Below are positions 26,495-36,873 of a DNA stretch of 64,000 bases, piece by piece. The notes below the pieces were generated by a model. The model made no database searches and was not told the DNA's origin. It saw only the letters and a list, made by a program, of their open reading frames with translations. Made by a program: the position numbers and the translations under genes. Origin of the DNA: Candidatus Methylomirabilales bacterium (lineage in GTDB: Bacteria > Methylomirabilota > Methylomirabilia > Methylomirabilales > CSP1-5); assembly GCA_046758505.1 (NCBI GenBank), contig JBHIAH010000003.1, forward strand, positions 1 through 64,000, in the 5' to 3' direction. Every line of letters begins with the position of its first letter. Within the stretch, counting starts at the first letter, position 1.

Positions 26495-28426
26495 TTAGGC
26501 TGGCCTGGTTGACAGGGCCTCTCGGTAAACGCCGAGGGCCCAAACAGGGAAATAGATCGGGTAAAGGTGATACTTCAGGAAGAAAACGCGGGGAAAGCCG
26601 GTCCCGTTCCAGAAGGCATCGTCCCAGGAGCCGTCCGGTCGCTGGGTTTCGAGCAGGTACCGGATCCCCCGTGCCACGGCCGGGCTCCTCTCCTCCCCTG
26701 CCGCGAGAAGGCCGAGGAGGGCCCAGGCGGTCTGGCTGGGCATACTCTCCCCTTTCCCGGCGAGGGCAGGATCCATATAGCTCAGCAGGGTCTCGCCCCA
26801 GCCGCCGTCCTCATTCTGGCACCCCTCCACCCAGTGAACGGCCCGGCGGACGTACGGGGCGTTCAGATCCTCCCCGATCGCCCCGAGACCGCGGAGGACC
26901 GACCACGTCCCATAAATGTAATTCGCCCCCCATCGACCATACCAGCCGCCGTGCGCGCATTGGGTCTCTTTGATGAAGGCCAGCGCCCTGGCCGCCTGGG
27001 GATGCGACGGGCGCAGGTTGAAGATGCCCAGGGTCTCCAGCCCGCGTCCCGCCAAATCCTCGGTGGGCGGATCGAGGAGGGCCCCGTGGTCAGCAAAGGG
27101 AATGTTATTGAGGAGCAAATGGTCGTTGTCCGCGTCAAAAGAGCCCCATCCCCCATTCTCCGACTGCATCCCAAGAAACCAACCAAGCCCAACTTCGATG
27201 GCCTGCCGCACATCGGGCCGATCCGGGAGCTTGAGCTTCTTGAGGGCCATCAACACCATCGCGGTGTCATCCGTATCGGGATAGAAGTCGTTCCGAAACT
27301 GGAATGGCCATCCCCCGGGGGGGAGGTGCGGGCGCTTCACCTGCCAGTCGCCCCGGCGCAGAATTTGCTCCTGAAAAAGCCAGTCGGCAGCTTGCAACAG
27401 CGCGGGGTCGTCCGGAGAGAGACCGGACTCCACCAGGGCGTTCACCGCAAGGGATGTATCCCAGACGGGAGAGAGACAGGGTTGGAGATGGAAGCTGTCG
27501 GCCTCCTCGATCCCCAGCCGCTCGATCTCCTTCCACCCTTCGGCCATCTTCGGATGATCTTCGGCGTAGCCCACGCTGTGCAAGGCCATCACGGCATTGG
27601 CCATGGCCGGATAGATCCCCCCGAATCCCCCGGGCCCCATCCGCTTCAGGGTCCATGCCAGGGCCTGCTGGCGCGCCCGCGCCCGGAAGGGGCGCGGGGC
27701 CCACCGTTCCAGTCCGGGGAGGAGCGTATCCAGCCCGATGAAGAAGTTCTTCCAGGAGAAGAGGTGCTCGGTGCGGGGAAATCGCAGATCGGCCTCGGCC
27801 CGGGACGGCAGGTACAGCTCATCAATGTCCGCGCCCGGGGGGATCGCACAGACCGGCTTCAGATCCATGAGGATGAGCAGGGGGACGACAACCGTTCGAG
27901 ACCAGTATGAGACCTCATAGAGGTTAAAATAGGAGAGGCGCGGGAGGAGCATGATCTCGACCGGCATGGTCGGCACCCCCCGCCAGTCGTACTGTCCGAA
28001 GAGGGCCAGGGCGATCTTGGTAAAGACGTTCGCCTTGGTCACCCCCCCCTTGGCCAGGATGTTCTCCCGCGCCCGGCGCATGAAGGGCTCGTCGGGTGAA
28101 TGCCCCATGAGCTTGAAGGCGAAGTAGGCCTTCACCGTGGCACTGATATCACTGGGGCTTCCCGGGAAGAGATCCCATCCCCCATCGGAGAGCTGCTTGG
28201 CCTGGAGGTAATTGGCGGCCTTCCGCTCCCGGTCGCGATCCACCCGACCCAGAAAGTGGCGGAGCATGATGTACTCCGAGGTCAGGGTGCTATCCGCCTC
28301 CAGTTCGCCAAGCCAGAACCCCTCGGGATGCTGGAGGCTCAGGAGATACTTTTGCGCCCGCCGAATAGCCCCTTCCAGGATCTCAGCCGTGGGACCGACG
28401 TCACCCGTCGAAGATGACAAACGCAT
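26495..28426 (-). CDS. shc: Squalene-hopene cyclase
   Basis: Catalytic YPDTDDT (DxDD), QPCLSPVWDT, QW repeats (QHPEGFW, QNEDGGW, QRPDGSW), GTGFPRVFFLKYHLY. Confidence 0.97.
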   Translation of the reverse strand: MRLSSSTGDVGPTAEILEGAIRRAQKYLLSLQHPEGFWLGELEADSTLTSEYIMLRHFLGRVDRDRERKAANYLQAKQLSDGGWDLFPGSPSDISATVKAYFAFKLMGHSPDEPFMRRARENILAKGGVTKANVFTKIALALFGQYDWRGVPTMPVEIMLLPRLSYFNLYEVSYWSRTVVVPLLILMDLKPVCAIPPGADIDELYLPSRAEADLRFPRTEHLFSWKNFFIGLDTLLPGLERWAPRPFRARARQQALAWTLKRMGPGGFGGIYPAMANAVMALHSVGYAEDHPKMAEGWKEIERLGIEEADSFHLQPCLSPVWDTSLAVNALVESGLSPDDPALLQAADWLFQEQILRRGDWQVKRPHLPPGGWPFQFRNDFYPDTDDTAMVLMALKKLKLPDRPDVRQAIEVGLGWFLGMQSENGGWGSFDADNDHLLLNNIPFADHGALLDPPTEDLAGRGLETLGIFNLRPSHPQAARALAFIKETQCAHGGWYGRWGANYIYGTWSVLRGLGAIGEDLNAPYVRRAVHWVEGCQNEDGGWGETLLSYMDPALAGKGESMPSQTAWALLGLLAAGEERSPAVARGIRYLLETQRPDGSWDDAFWNGTGFPRVFFLKYHLYPIYFPVWALGVYREALSTRPA

Positions 28427-28465
28427 CTCCCTTCCCCGCCGATCGTTGGGGCGGGACCGAATCGA

Positions 28466-29152
28466 TCAGTTGATGAAGAACGAGACCCCGATCATCAACA
28501 AGCTGTCGTTAATCCCGTCATTGTCGGAGTGGATCCCGGCGTTCGAGATATGATGGAACCGCCATTCCCCCGTGAAGGCCGTCCGCTCCGAAACGAAGTA
28601 ATGAAACCCCACTCCCCCCTGGGGGGTAAAATTGAACCCATCTTGCTGCGACTTGAGGCCAATGTCCAAAAAGATGATGCCTGCCCCGAACTCCACAAAG
28701 GGGATGAAATTGCCCCCGCCCTTGGGCAGAAAATTGTACCGGAACATCGCGGTGATCCCACCGGCAAAGCCATCCTCGGGCTCGAAGTTGACGAGAAACG
28801 CCCCTTCCCCGAGTAGCTCAAGGTTTCCCCGGTACCAGGCTTTCCCTCCCATGGGGTCACTGATCCCGATCCCCCAGCGCGGAGCCGCATAGAAAAACCG
28901 CACATCCTCCAGTTCGCCATTGTCGGTCCCGCCGAGGGGGAGAGCATGCCCGTATCCTACCGAGAGCCCAATTTCCTGTTTGCCCAGCCTGAACAAATCC
29001 GCCGGGGATCCCTGGGCTGCCTTCTCCGGCTTCTCGGGAGACTCGGAGCCGGCGCCGGCTGCCCATCCCTCCTTCGGAAGGAGAAGCATCATCACAACCG
29101 TCACGGACAGCACCACCCTGTACGGCTGTCTCCTGGGAGCCCCCTTTCTCAC
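28466..29152 (-). CDS. PagL-like (lipid A 3-O-deacylase / acyloxyacyl hydrolase family) outer-membrane beta-barrel
   Basis: Signal peptide; amphipathic strands; PFVEFGAG, FNFTPQGGVG, WRFHHISNAGIHSDNDGIN with the H-x-S-N catalytic motif. Confidence 0.8.
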   Translation of the reverse strand: MRKGAPRRQPYRVVLSVTVVMMLLLPKEGWAAGAGSESPEKPEKAAQGSPADLFRLGKQEIGLSVGYGHALPLGGTDNGELEDVRFFYAAPRWGIGISDPMGGKAWYRGNLELLGEGAFLVNFEPEDGFAGGITAMFRYNFLPKGGGNFIPFVEFGAGIIFLDIGLKSQQDGFNFTPQGGVGFHYFVSERTAFTGEWRFHHISNAGIHSDNDGINDSLLMIGVSFFIN

Positions 29153-29171
29153 CCTGACCTCGCAGACCCGC

Positions 29172-29807
29172 TCATTCTTCGGCCCGCTTGACGCGCATTT
29201 TCTTGACCAGCTCGTCGAACGAGGAGGTCCGGATGATCCTGTTGAACTGTGACTGATAATTGGTGACGATGCTCACCCCGTCGATCACGACATCGAACAG
29301 CTCCCATTGCCCGGTGCGGCGCTGCAGTCGATAATCGACCGGCAGGCGATCCCCCCGCTTGTCCACGAGGACCGTCTGCACGAGGGCCTTGGTCCCATCC
29401 ACCGATTGTCCTTTATAGATGATCCGCTGCTTCGGCAGTGAATCCAGGACCATTCGGCTGTAGGAGCGCTCGAAGAGCTCCCCGAACAGGGCCACGAAGT
29501 CTTGCCGCTGCTTTCCCGTCAACGTGGCCCAATGGGCATTCAGGGATCGCTCCGCCATCTCCGCATAGTTGAACCGGGCGGCGATCAGCTTTCGAATCTC
29601 CCGTTTCCGCCTCCCTTCCAACTCCGGCCCCTGCAGGGCGGGATCCTTCAGGACGTGCAGGGCCCTCTCCAGGATGTCCCGGACCCGATCGAGGGGCGCA
29701 CCTTCGGCTGCCCTGACCGAGACGGGCAAGAGCAGTCCCGGCAAAAGGATTCCGAGCCACAAGATGCGGCATACCCGAAAGCCGTGCCGCCGCTTGGATC
29801 TTCTCAT
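29172..29807 (-). CDS. MlaC/Ttg2D (HpnM-like) periplasmic lipid-binding protein
   Basis: FNYAEMAERSL, LFERSY, VDYRL, FDVVIDGVSIVTNYQSQF. Confidence 0.9.
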   Translation of the reverse strand: MRRSKRRHGFRVCRILWLGILLPGLLLPVSVRAAEGAPLDRVRDILERALHVLKDPALQGPELEGRRKREIRKLIAARFNYAEMAERSLNAHWATLTGKQRQDFVALFGELFERSYSRMVLDSLPKQRIIYKGQSVDGTKALVQTVLVDKRGDRLPVDYRLQRRTGQWELFDVVIDGVSIVTNYQSQFNRIIRTSSFDELVKKMRVKRAEE

Positions 29808-32578
29808 CTCAAAGGCCTCCGCTCTAGTGGCCGCTCGTGGTCCCTCTCCCCGTGCGGCAGTTGCCAGGACCCTTGGGCGTATCGACCCGCGTGCGGAGCC
29901 TCCCCCACCGGTTCCACCTTCCTCGCACCGTAGAGGACCCAGAGGAAGGCCGGGAGAACCGTCAGTGAGGCCAGGAGGATGCTCCCCACCCCGACGGACA
30001 AGAGGAAGCCAAGACTAAAGATTCCTCGGTGGCTGGCGACCATCAGGCTGCCAAACCCCACCATGGTGGTGGACGCAGAGAGAAAGACCGCCCGGCCCGT
30101 GCTATTGGCGATGATGGAGCCCTTGCCTTCCTCCTGCAGACACCGCTTCACGATGTGCAGACCATTCATGATCCCGTACCCGGCAATGAGGGGGAGCAGA
30201 ATGAGGTTGGCCAAATTAAAGTTGATCTTAAACAGTTCCATCAATCCGAGGGTCCAGGCCCCCCCGACCACAAGGGGGAGCACCGCCAGGAGCAGATGCC
30301 CCAGGCTGCCGAAGGACCAGAGGATCACCACAACCATTGCAGCCGCCGCGTACAGCCCGCCGAGCAGATACCCCCTCTCCATATTGTGGCCGTCTTCCCA
30401 GGCGGTCACCGGGTCCCCGATGATATCCGGATCCACCGAATGGACATCCCGCACAAACCTTTGGACGCCCTCGCGGCCCCAGCTATTCCCCTGCGGAAAC
30501 ACCTTGAGGAGATAGGTCCCCTTCGTGCCGACGAACCGATCCCTGAGCTGTCGCGGCAAGTCCGCCACCGTCATGGGCCTCGCCTTCAGATTTTTCCGGA
30601 GCACGGTGATTTTCTTCTCGAAGTCGGCAAAGAGGCCGGCCTGGATCGTACCCAGCGATCGTCTCCACTGCGCGGCATCGCCTTTTTTCAACCGGGCCTT
30701 GATGGCGTCCAGGAGCCGCCGCGCCTCCTCCAGCTCCCTATCTGACGCCGAGCTGAAACGCTCCTTATCCCCCAGCTTGAATCGCATGCGCCCAAGGGTC
30801 GCCTGAAGCGCCTTGACGTCCACCGGTTCCAGCCGCCCGAAACGGGGAGCAAGCCCATGCAGGGGGGCACGAAGTGCCCGAATGATACGTAGCTTGCTGG
30901 CTGCATTCTTCGGCAGGAAGGAGAAGACGGTCTGGACGCGATCGACCGACGGGAGCGCTTCCAGGCTGGCCTTTTTGGTCTGGACTTCCTTCGCCGACCG
31001 GGCCAGTCCGATCCCGTACCAGGTCGATGTCCCACCGTCGGCAAGGAGCCGGCGCTCCCACTGTACCGATTCCGTCCCCTGCGCCTGAAGCTCCAGGAGG
31101 TTGAACTCGATCCGAATCTTGCCGAGGGCGGGAAGAGCGGCCACGGCCAGCACGCCCGCCCCGGCGATCATGATTCGGGGATGATGACTCCACCGTTCCA
31201 AGACCCCGAGGAACGACGCCGGCCGGGAGCCAAACCGCGCCCCCTCCGTCTGCTCGCTCACGACCAGCAGCGCCGGAAGCACGGTAAGGGTTGCCCCAAG
31301 GCAGAGGAGCAGGCCACTCCCTGTGATAAAGCCGAGCTCCACGAGACCCTTAAAATTGGTGAGCAGCAGACTGTAGAAGGCGACCACCGTGGTGATCGCG
31401 CCCGTCACGATCGTCACCGCCCGGTGAAAGGTATTCTCGAGCGCGTCAGCGGCATCCCGACCGGCTGCCCGCTCTTCCTCGTACCGCTCCAACAGATGGA
31501 TGTTGTAATCAATGCCCAATCCGATGAGGATCGGGATAAACATGGCGCTCAGGATATTGAGGGACCCGACGGTGAGCGTGATGAACCCCAGGGTCCAGGC
31601 AACTCCCATAGCCAGGCTGATGAGGGCCCGGAGCGGGGTGAGGAGGCTTCTCCAGAACAGGAGAAACAGAATGCTCACCCCCACGAGCGACAGGATGGTG
31701 GCCCTCGTCGCATCCCGTTTCGCGGTCACGATTTCGTCTGATGCCAGGGCATCCGACCCCGTGACCCCCGCTTCGATGCCCGGGTAGACTTGACGCAGCT
31801 CAGCGATCGCCGTGCGGATCCGCCGGATCGACTCCCGCTTCGGCACCAGGGTGCGCCCGCCTGTACCACGGGCCCTGGCCAGGAGGAGGAGGTACCTCTT
31901 ATCCTCGGTGAGGAGATACCCTCCGGAAACCGGCTCCTTCCCGGCACCCAACCACTCTGCCCAGGGGGAAGCAGTGGTGTGGAGGCCCCTCAATCCGTCA
32001 TTGACCTGCCGGAGCAGGGCGTTCAGGAAGGTAAGATCCACCTGCCCCGATTTCGCCTTTTCCTCCTCCAAGAAGCCGGTGAAGAGATGCCCCACCACCG
32101 CCTGCCCCATCTCCCGGTTGATTCCGGTAAAGAGGGTGTTGAGCCCTGGCGCGGCGGTGAGTTCCTGGATCAGCACCCGGTGGTCCTCAATCTTCTGGCG
32201 CAATGTCTGGAGCTCGTCCCGGGACAGGTACTGGAGGCCATGCGCTTCGAAGGGGGCATCGTCAACCCGATAGAACAGCTCCGTGATATGGTCCGGGTCC
32301 TTCTGGAGGCGGGTGGCCAGGGCCGAGACGAACTGCTTGGCCCGGCCGAGATCAGAGGCATCTACCACCACCACGATACTGTCTCGGTCCGGGAACTCCC
32401 GCTTGTAGGCCTGTTTGAGTGTGAGGAGACGTTTCCCGGTAAAGATCAGCTCCGATCGACTGGGGTGAATCTCTAGCCACTGCATCGCCGCCAGCAGAGA
32501 AGCGAATGCGAGCAGACTCGTCAGCAACAAGACGACCCGGGGATGCCGAAGGATCATACGAGACCACTGCTGGGCCAT
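29804..32578 (-). CDS. hpnN: Hopanoid-associated RND/MMPL transporter
   Basis: 924 aa with two TM blocks; GVTG, ILIGLGIDYNIH, NFKGLVELG, FNLANL, STTMVGFGSL..ASHRG; located next to shc. Confidence 0.88.
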   Translation of the reverse strand: MAQQWSRMILRHPRVVLLLTSLLAFASLLAAMQWLEIHPSRSELIFTGKRLLTLKQAYKREFPDRDSIVVVVDASDLGRAKQFVSALATRLQKDPDHITELFYRVDDAPFEAHGLQYLSRDELQTLRQKIEDHRVLIQELTAAPGLNTLFTGINREMGQAVVGHLFTGFLEEEKAKSGQVDLTFLNALLRQVNDGLRGLHTTASPWAEWLGAGKEPVSGGYLLTEDKRYLLLLARARGTGGRTLVPKRESIRRIRTAIAELRQVYPGIEAGVTGSDALASDEIVTAKRDATRATILSLVGVSILFLLFWRSLLTPLRALISLAMGVAWTLGFITLTVGSLNILSAMFIPILIGLGIDYNIHLLERYEEERAAGRDAADALENTFHRAVTIVTGAITTVVAFYSLLLTNFKGLVELGFITGSGLLLCLGATLTVLPALLVVSEQTEGARFGSRPASFLGVLERWSHHPRIMIAGAGVLAVAALPALGKIRIEFNLLELQAQGTESVQWERRLLADGGTSTWYGIGLARSAKEVQTKKASLEALPSVDRVQTVFSFLPKNAASKLRIIRALRAPLHGLAPRFGRLEPVDVKALQATLGRMRFKLGDKERFSSASDRELEEARRLLDAIKARLKKGDAAQWRRSLGTIQAGLFADFEKKITVLRKNLKARPMTVADLPRQLRDRFVGTKGTYLLKVFPQGNSWGREGVQRFVRDVHSVDPDIIGDPVTAWEDGHNMERGYLLGGLYAAAAMVVVILWSFGSLGHLLLAVLPLVVGGAWTLGLMELFKINFNLANLILLPLIAGYGIMNGLHIVKRCLQEEGKGSIIANSTGRAVFLSASTTMVGFGSLMVASHRGIFSLGFLLSVGVGSILLASLTVLPAFLWVLYGARKVEPVGEAPHAGRYAQGSWQLPHGERDHERPLERRPLR

Positions 32579-32608
32579 GACCGGTTTTGCCCCTCCTGCG
32601 GATCCCGA

Positions 32609-33247
32609 TTATCGCTTGCGGGTGGGAACAGTGCTCAGCGCTTCGGCTTCCTGCTTGACCCGCATCTTTCGGAGAAGGTTAGCATACGAGGAGGTCTGGA
32701 TGATGCGGTTGAACTGGGTTCGGTAGTTACTCACCAGGCTGACGCCTTCGACCACCACATCGTAGACCTTCCACTGGCCGGTGCGGCGGATGACTTTGTA
32801 ATCAATGGGGATATCAATATGCTCCTTCTCGCTGACGATCTTGGTCCGGACGACCCCATACCTTTTATCCGCCTGCTCCTTGGTATAGAGGATTTCTTGA
32901 TCCGTGTACGATTCGAGCTTCTTGTGATACGACCGCTCCAAGAGATCGGCAAAAAGGTCCACGAACTCTTTTCGCTCCTTGGGTGTCCGCTTGCGCCAAT
33001 GTATGCCGAGGGAGCGCCTCGCCATTTCCGCGAAGTCGAACCGGGTAAAGATGACGGCTCTCAGCTGCGTCCGCCGCACCTCCTCCTTCTCGGGGGCCTT
33101 CAGTGCCGGGTCCCTCAAGATATCCAGGACCCGGTTAATCGTGGCCTTCACCTGGGCCGTCGGCCCCTCCTGGGCAAAGGACAAGGTCGAAAAAACCAGG
33201 ATACCGATCCCGGTAAGGATCAGGGTCTGCCGTGTCACCCTACGCAT
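32609..33247 (-). CDS. MlaC/Ttg2D (HpnM-like) periplasmic lipid-binding protein, second copy
   Basis: FDFAEMARRSLG, LLERSY, IDYK, WKVYDVVVEGVSLVSNYRTQF. Confidence 0.92.
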   Translation of the reverse strand: MRRVTRQTLILTGIGILVFSTLSFAQEGPTAQVKATINRVLDILRDPALKAPEKEEVRRTQLRAVIFTRFDFAEMARRSLGIHWRKRTPKERKEFVDLFADLLERSYHKKLESYTDQEILYTKEQADKRYGVVRTKIVSEKEHIDIPIDYKVIRRTGQWKVYDVVVEGVSLVSNYRTQFNRIIQTSSYANLLRKMRVKQEAEALSTVPTRKR

Positions 33248-33295
33248 CGTCTCCCCTCCTGAATGGTCTCAAGCCGGTCCGCCTCCCCGTTCACC

Positions 33296-34699
33296 CTACC
33301 GTACCGAGAACCCCCGCACAGCCTCCCCCGTCGCAAAGGCCAGGTTGGCCAGCGCAATCCGTTGATTGTAGATGGCGCGAAAATTATCCGTCCGCATCTC
33401 GGCATAGGTCTTCAGCGCGTCGGCGAGCTCCCTGGCCTCCCCAATCCCCAGGTCGAAGTTCGCCACGGCCGTCACCAGCCACCGGCGGGCCTCGCGATAG
33501 CCCCGTTTGGTTGTCTCCATGTCCTTCTGGGCTTTTTGCAACTCCAGGTGGGCCTTCCGCACTTGGAGGGGGATCCCGTGATCGGCAAAATCTCGCTTGT
33601 GGAGCAGCTTGGTATATTCCGCCTCGGCCTCGTGGATCTTTCCTTTCGTGATCCCGAAGTCGAAGTGCCACTTCAGGCCGAGGACGACCCCCCCCTGGGC
33701 GTGTTGGAGTGGATCGGTGATGATCGGGACCTCACTGAAGTCCCGGTTGGTGCTCTGAGCCACATCGGCTAAGAACGCCGCATAAAAGACGGGATACTGG
33801 TCCGCGGCGGCGGCGTCGACGAGGGCCTTTCGAGCCTTGATCCCCTCCCGCAGCTGCACGAACTCGGGGCGGTGCTCCTTGGCCGTTTCGATATAGCTCT
33901 CGACGCCCCTGGCTTCTGCCTTGACCGGCACCAGGGTCTTGTCCGCCAATTCGAACTCGACCCTTTCATCAAGCTGGAGGACCATGCGCAGCGCACCCTT
34001 GGCGAGCGTGAGCCCCTCCTCGGCCTCGTCAATGCCCTTGTCCACCTGTGCCCGGAAGGCCCGCAGCTTGTACACGTCGACCCAGGTGGCCGCGGGGGAG
34101 CCGGCCTTCACTTGGCGTTCGGCCTTGTCCAGGGCCTTCTGAAGCTCATCCCGGATCCCATCGACGAACTCCCGAATTTCGTGGGCCAGCAGGTACCCGT
34201 AGTAGAACTGCTTGACCTGGAGGGCCACCTCGGAGGCCTTCTGATCGACGGCCGCCTCGCTCACGTCGATGCCGCGCGCTGCCGCCTCGCGGAAGGCGCT
34301 GATCTTCCCGAACGTGTACAGGGGCTGGATCAGGGTGATCACGGCCCGGCCGAAGGCGCCGTTGATCACCGGGTCCGAGGTCTTCGAATTGGACTTGATG
34401 GTCCCGTCGCTCCCCCCGGACCTCGCGAGATCCGACTCGGGCGAGGGGCCTCCGAAGATGTTCGCCTCGAGCTGCGCCCACTTGGCCGCCTCCGCCTGTT
34501 GCTGTTTGCTCCGGCTCATATCCACGCCAGCCCGGGCCTCCTTGACTTGGGGGCTCACCTCGAGCGCCCGCTTCACGGCCTCGTCCAGGCTGATGACCAG
34601 CTTCTTCGGTTCACCCGGCGGCTGCCCCTGCGCAGCCGCCGAAAGGGGCGCCAGCACGATCAAGATAAGAGAGATGCCGGATGCGACAATTGCGGCCAT
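33296..34699 (-). CDS. TolC-family outer-membrane efflux protein
   Basis: Signal peptide; ISLDEAVKRAL, QPLYTFGKI, VKQFYY, RPE, two OEP-like repeats. Confidence 0.88.
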   Translation of the reverse strand: MAAIVASGISLILIVLAPLSAAAQGQPPGEPKKLVISLDEAVKRALEVSPQVKEARAGVDMSRSKQQQAEAAKWAQLEANIFGGPSPESDLARSGGSDGTIKSNSKTSDPVINGAFGRAVITLIQPLYTFGKISAFREAAARGIDVSEAAVDQKASEVALQVKQFYYGYLLAHEIREFVDGIRDELQKALDKAERQVKAGSPAATWVDVYKLRAFRAQVDKGIDEAEEGLTLAKGALRMVLQLDERVEFELADKTLVPVKAEARGVESYIETAKEHRPEFVQLREGIKARKALVDAAAADQYPVFYAAFLADVAQSTNRDFSEVPIITDPLQHAQGGVVLGLKWHFDFGITKGKIHEAEAEYTKLLHKRDFADHGIPLQVRKAHLELQKAQKDMETTKRGYREARRWLVTAVANFDLGIGEARELADALKTYAEMRTDNFRAIYNQRIALANLAFATGEAVRGFSVR

Positions 34700-34736
34700 G
34701 GCACGCCTCCTCTATGCTATGACGGTTCCTCAGCCC

Positions 34737-35177
34737 TCAGAATTTGCCAAAAATAAAACTGCCGATCAGCTCCTCGATATCAATGGGCGGTTCGGTTTCG
34801 TGGATTGTGCCTCCGGGGGGGATGAGCTCATCGGACCCCCCGGGACTCAACCGCACATACTTCTCGCCGATGAGTCCCTTCGTCTTGATAGAGGCGATCG
34901 TGTCCTCCTGCAGCTCGACGCCATTGTCGATCCGCAGCGTGACCCGTGCCTGGTAATCGACCAACGCGATGTCCTCGACCCGACCGATCTGCACCCCGGC
35001 GATCTCCACGGCCGTCCCTTCCTTCAATCCCCCCACGGTGGGGAAGTCGGCGGTCACCGTGTATCCCGAGAGTCCAAAGACCTGCATCTTGCCCAACCGC
35101 ACAGAGATATAGGTGAGGGCGAAAATGCCCAGGAGCAGGAACAGACCCACCACCACTTCGAGATCCACCCGTCTCAT
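34737..35177 (-). CDS. mlaD: MCE-domain protein MlaD
   Basis: VGLF, VGGLKEGTAVEIAGVQIGRV, ASIKTKGLIGEKYV, DIEELIG. Confidence 0.92.
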   Translation of the reverse strand: MRRVDLEVVVGLFLLLGIFALTYISVRLGKMQVFGLSGYTVTADFPTVGGLKEGTAVEIAGVQIGRVEDIALVDYQARVTLRIDNGVELQEDTIASIKTKGLIGEKYVRLSPGGSDELIPPGGTIHETEPPIDIEELIGSFIFGKF

Positions 35178-35188
35178 CGTGCGCACCC

Positions 35189-35935
35189 TCAGTCCGGCTG
35201 GATCGGGCCCTCCGGATCGCCGGTGATGAACTGTCGGACCACGGGAGTGGCGGAAGACTGGATCGCCTCCGGCGGTCCCACCTCGACCACCACCCCATGG
35301 TGGAGCATCGCCACCTGGTCGGCAATGCCAAAGATCTCGGGGATCTCGTGGCTCACCAGGATGGCCGTAAACCCGATGCGCCGATGCAGGTCGAGGATCA
35401 GCCGGTGAATTGCATTGACCATAATCGGATCGAGGCCGGTTGTCGGTTCGTCAAAGAGCACAATCTCGGGTTCCATGGTCAGGGCGCGGGCCAGCGCAAC
35501 CCGTTTCTTCATCCCCCCGCTCACCTCGGCGGGATACTTAGGGCCCATGTCCGCAAGCCCCACCTGCTTCAACAAGGTTAAGGTCTTCTCCCGGATGGCC
35601 TCGTCGGGCAGCCGGGTTTTCTCCCGAAGGGGGAAGGCGACGTTCTCGTGAACGGTCAACGAATCGAAGAGCGCCCCCCCCTGAAAGACCACGCCGAATC
35701 GCTCCCTGAGCCGGTCGAGGGCCCGCCCGCGGATGTGCGTGATCTCCACGCCACCGATAAGAATCTGGCCTGCATCCGGTTTGAGGAGACCCATCAGATG
35801 CTTGAGGAGGACGCTCTTGCCACCGCCACTCCTGCCGATGATGACCAGGATCTCCCCCTGACCGACCTGCAGGTTTACTCCCCGAAGAACCTGCTGCCCC
35901 CCGAAGGACTTATGCACATTGCGGATCTCGACCAT
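35189..35935 (-). CDS. mlaF: Mla-type ABC transporter ATP-binding protein
   Basis: GRSGGGKS, FQGGALFDSL, SGGMKKRVALARA, FDEPTTGLDP. Confidence 0.93.
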   Translation of the reverse strand: MVEIRNVHKSFGGQQVLRGVNLQVGQGEILVIIGRSGGGKSVLLKHLMGLLKPDAGQILIGGVEITHIRGRALDRLRERFGVVFQGGALFDSLTVHENVAFPLREKTRLPDEAIREKTLTLLKQVGLADMGPKYPAEVSGGMKKRVALARALTMEPEIVLFDEPTTGLDPIMVNAIHRLILDLHRRIGFTAILVSHEIPEIFGIADQVAMLHHGVVVEVGPPEAIQSSATPVVRQFITGDPEGPIQPD

Positions 35936-35947
35936 GGGCCCCCAGGC

Positions 35948-36721
35948 CTATATCACCAACAGCACCGAGCCGAGGAAGTAATCCCAGACCAGGATCAACA
36001 CCGAGGAGAGAACCACCGCCTCCGTGGTGGCCCGGCTCACTCCCTCTGCTCCGTAGCTGGTATAAAATCCCTTGTAGCACGAGACCCACGTCACCAGGAG
36101 TCCAAAGCTCACCGATTTGAGGATCCCCTGGGTCACATCCCGAAGGCTCACGTAGGTCTCCATCTGCCCGAAATAGGTCCCCTCCCCGACGCCCAAGAGC
36201 TTCACGCCTACGAGATACCCTCCGTAAATCCCCACCAGATCGAAAATCGCGGTGAGGAGGGGAAACGTGATCAGGCCGGCCAAGATGGTCGGGACGATCA
36301 AGTATCGCATGGGGTTGAGTGCCATCACGGTGAGCGCATCGATCTGTTCGCTGATGCGCATGATCCCGATTTCAGCCGTCAAAGCCGAGCCAGCCCGCCC
36401 CGTGACCATCAGGGCGGAGAGGACCGGTCCTAACTCGCGGATGAGGCTTAGGGCTACCGCCGAGCCCAGGAAGGCCTCCGAGCCGAACTTCCTCAACGTA
36501 TAGAACACTTGCAGGCCCAGGACCATTCCGGTAAAAGCCCCGGTGAGCACGATCACCGAGAGGGATTTGGCCCCGATGAAGTGGATCCGGGCGACCATGC
36601 GCCGCCACTTCAGGGGAGGGACAAAGGCCCAGAAAATGGCGGAGCTCAGAAAGATCACCATTCGTCCGCCGTCCCGGAGGAATTGCAGGAACCACTGTCC
36701 GAGGAGTTCCAGGACCCTCAT
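35948..36721 (-). CDS. mlaE: Mla-type ABC transporter permease
   Basis: RELGPVLSALMVTGRAGSALTAEIGIMRISEQIDAL, GAEGVSRATT. Confidence 0.94.
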   Translation of the reverse strand: MRVLELLGQWFLQFLRDGGRMVIFLSSAIFWAFVPPLKWRRMVARIHFIGAKSLSVIVLTGAFTGMVLGLQVFYTLRKFGSEAFLGSAVALSLIRELGPVLSALMVTGRAGSALTAEIGIMRISEQIDALTVMALNPMRYLIVPTILAGLITFPLLTAIFDLVGIYGGYLVGVKLLGVGEGTYFGQMETYVSLRDVTQGILKSVSFGLLVTWVSCYKGFYTSYGAEGVSRATTEAVVLSSVLILVWDYFLGSVLLVI

Positions 36722-36873
36722 GGCCCTCCTTCACAGAGCATGGAGATTCCGTCGCGCAACGTACCGTAGCGCCAGGCCAAGACCCCTGATTTTACTCCCC
36801 GAGAAATATGGTGGCAAGCATGAAAAACTCCCCCCCACAGCAGGCCAAAGATCACGCCCGTTTTGAAGTCTAC

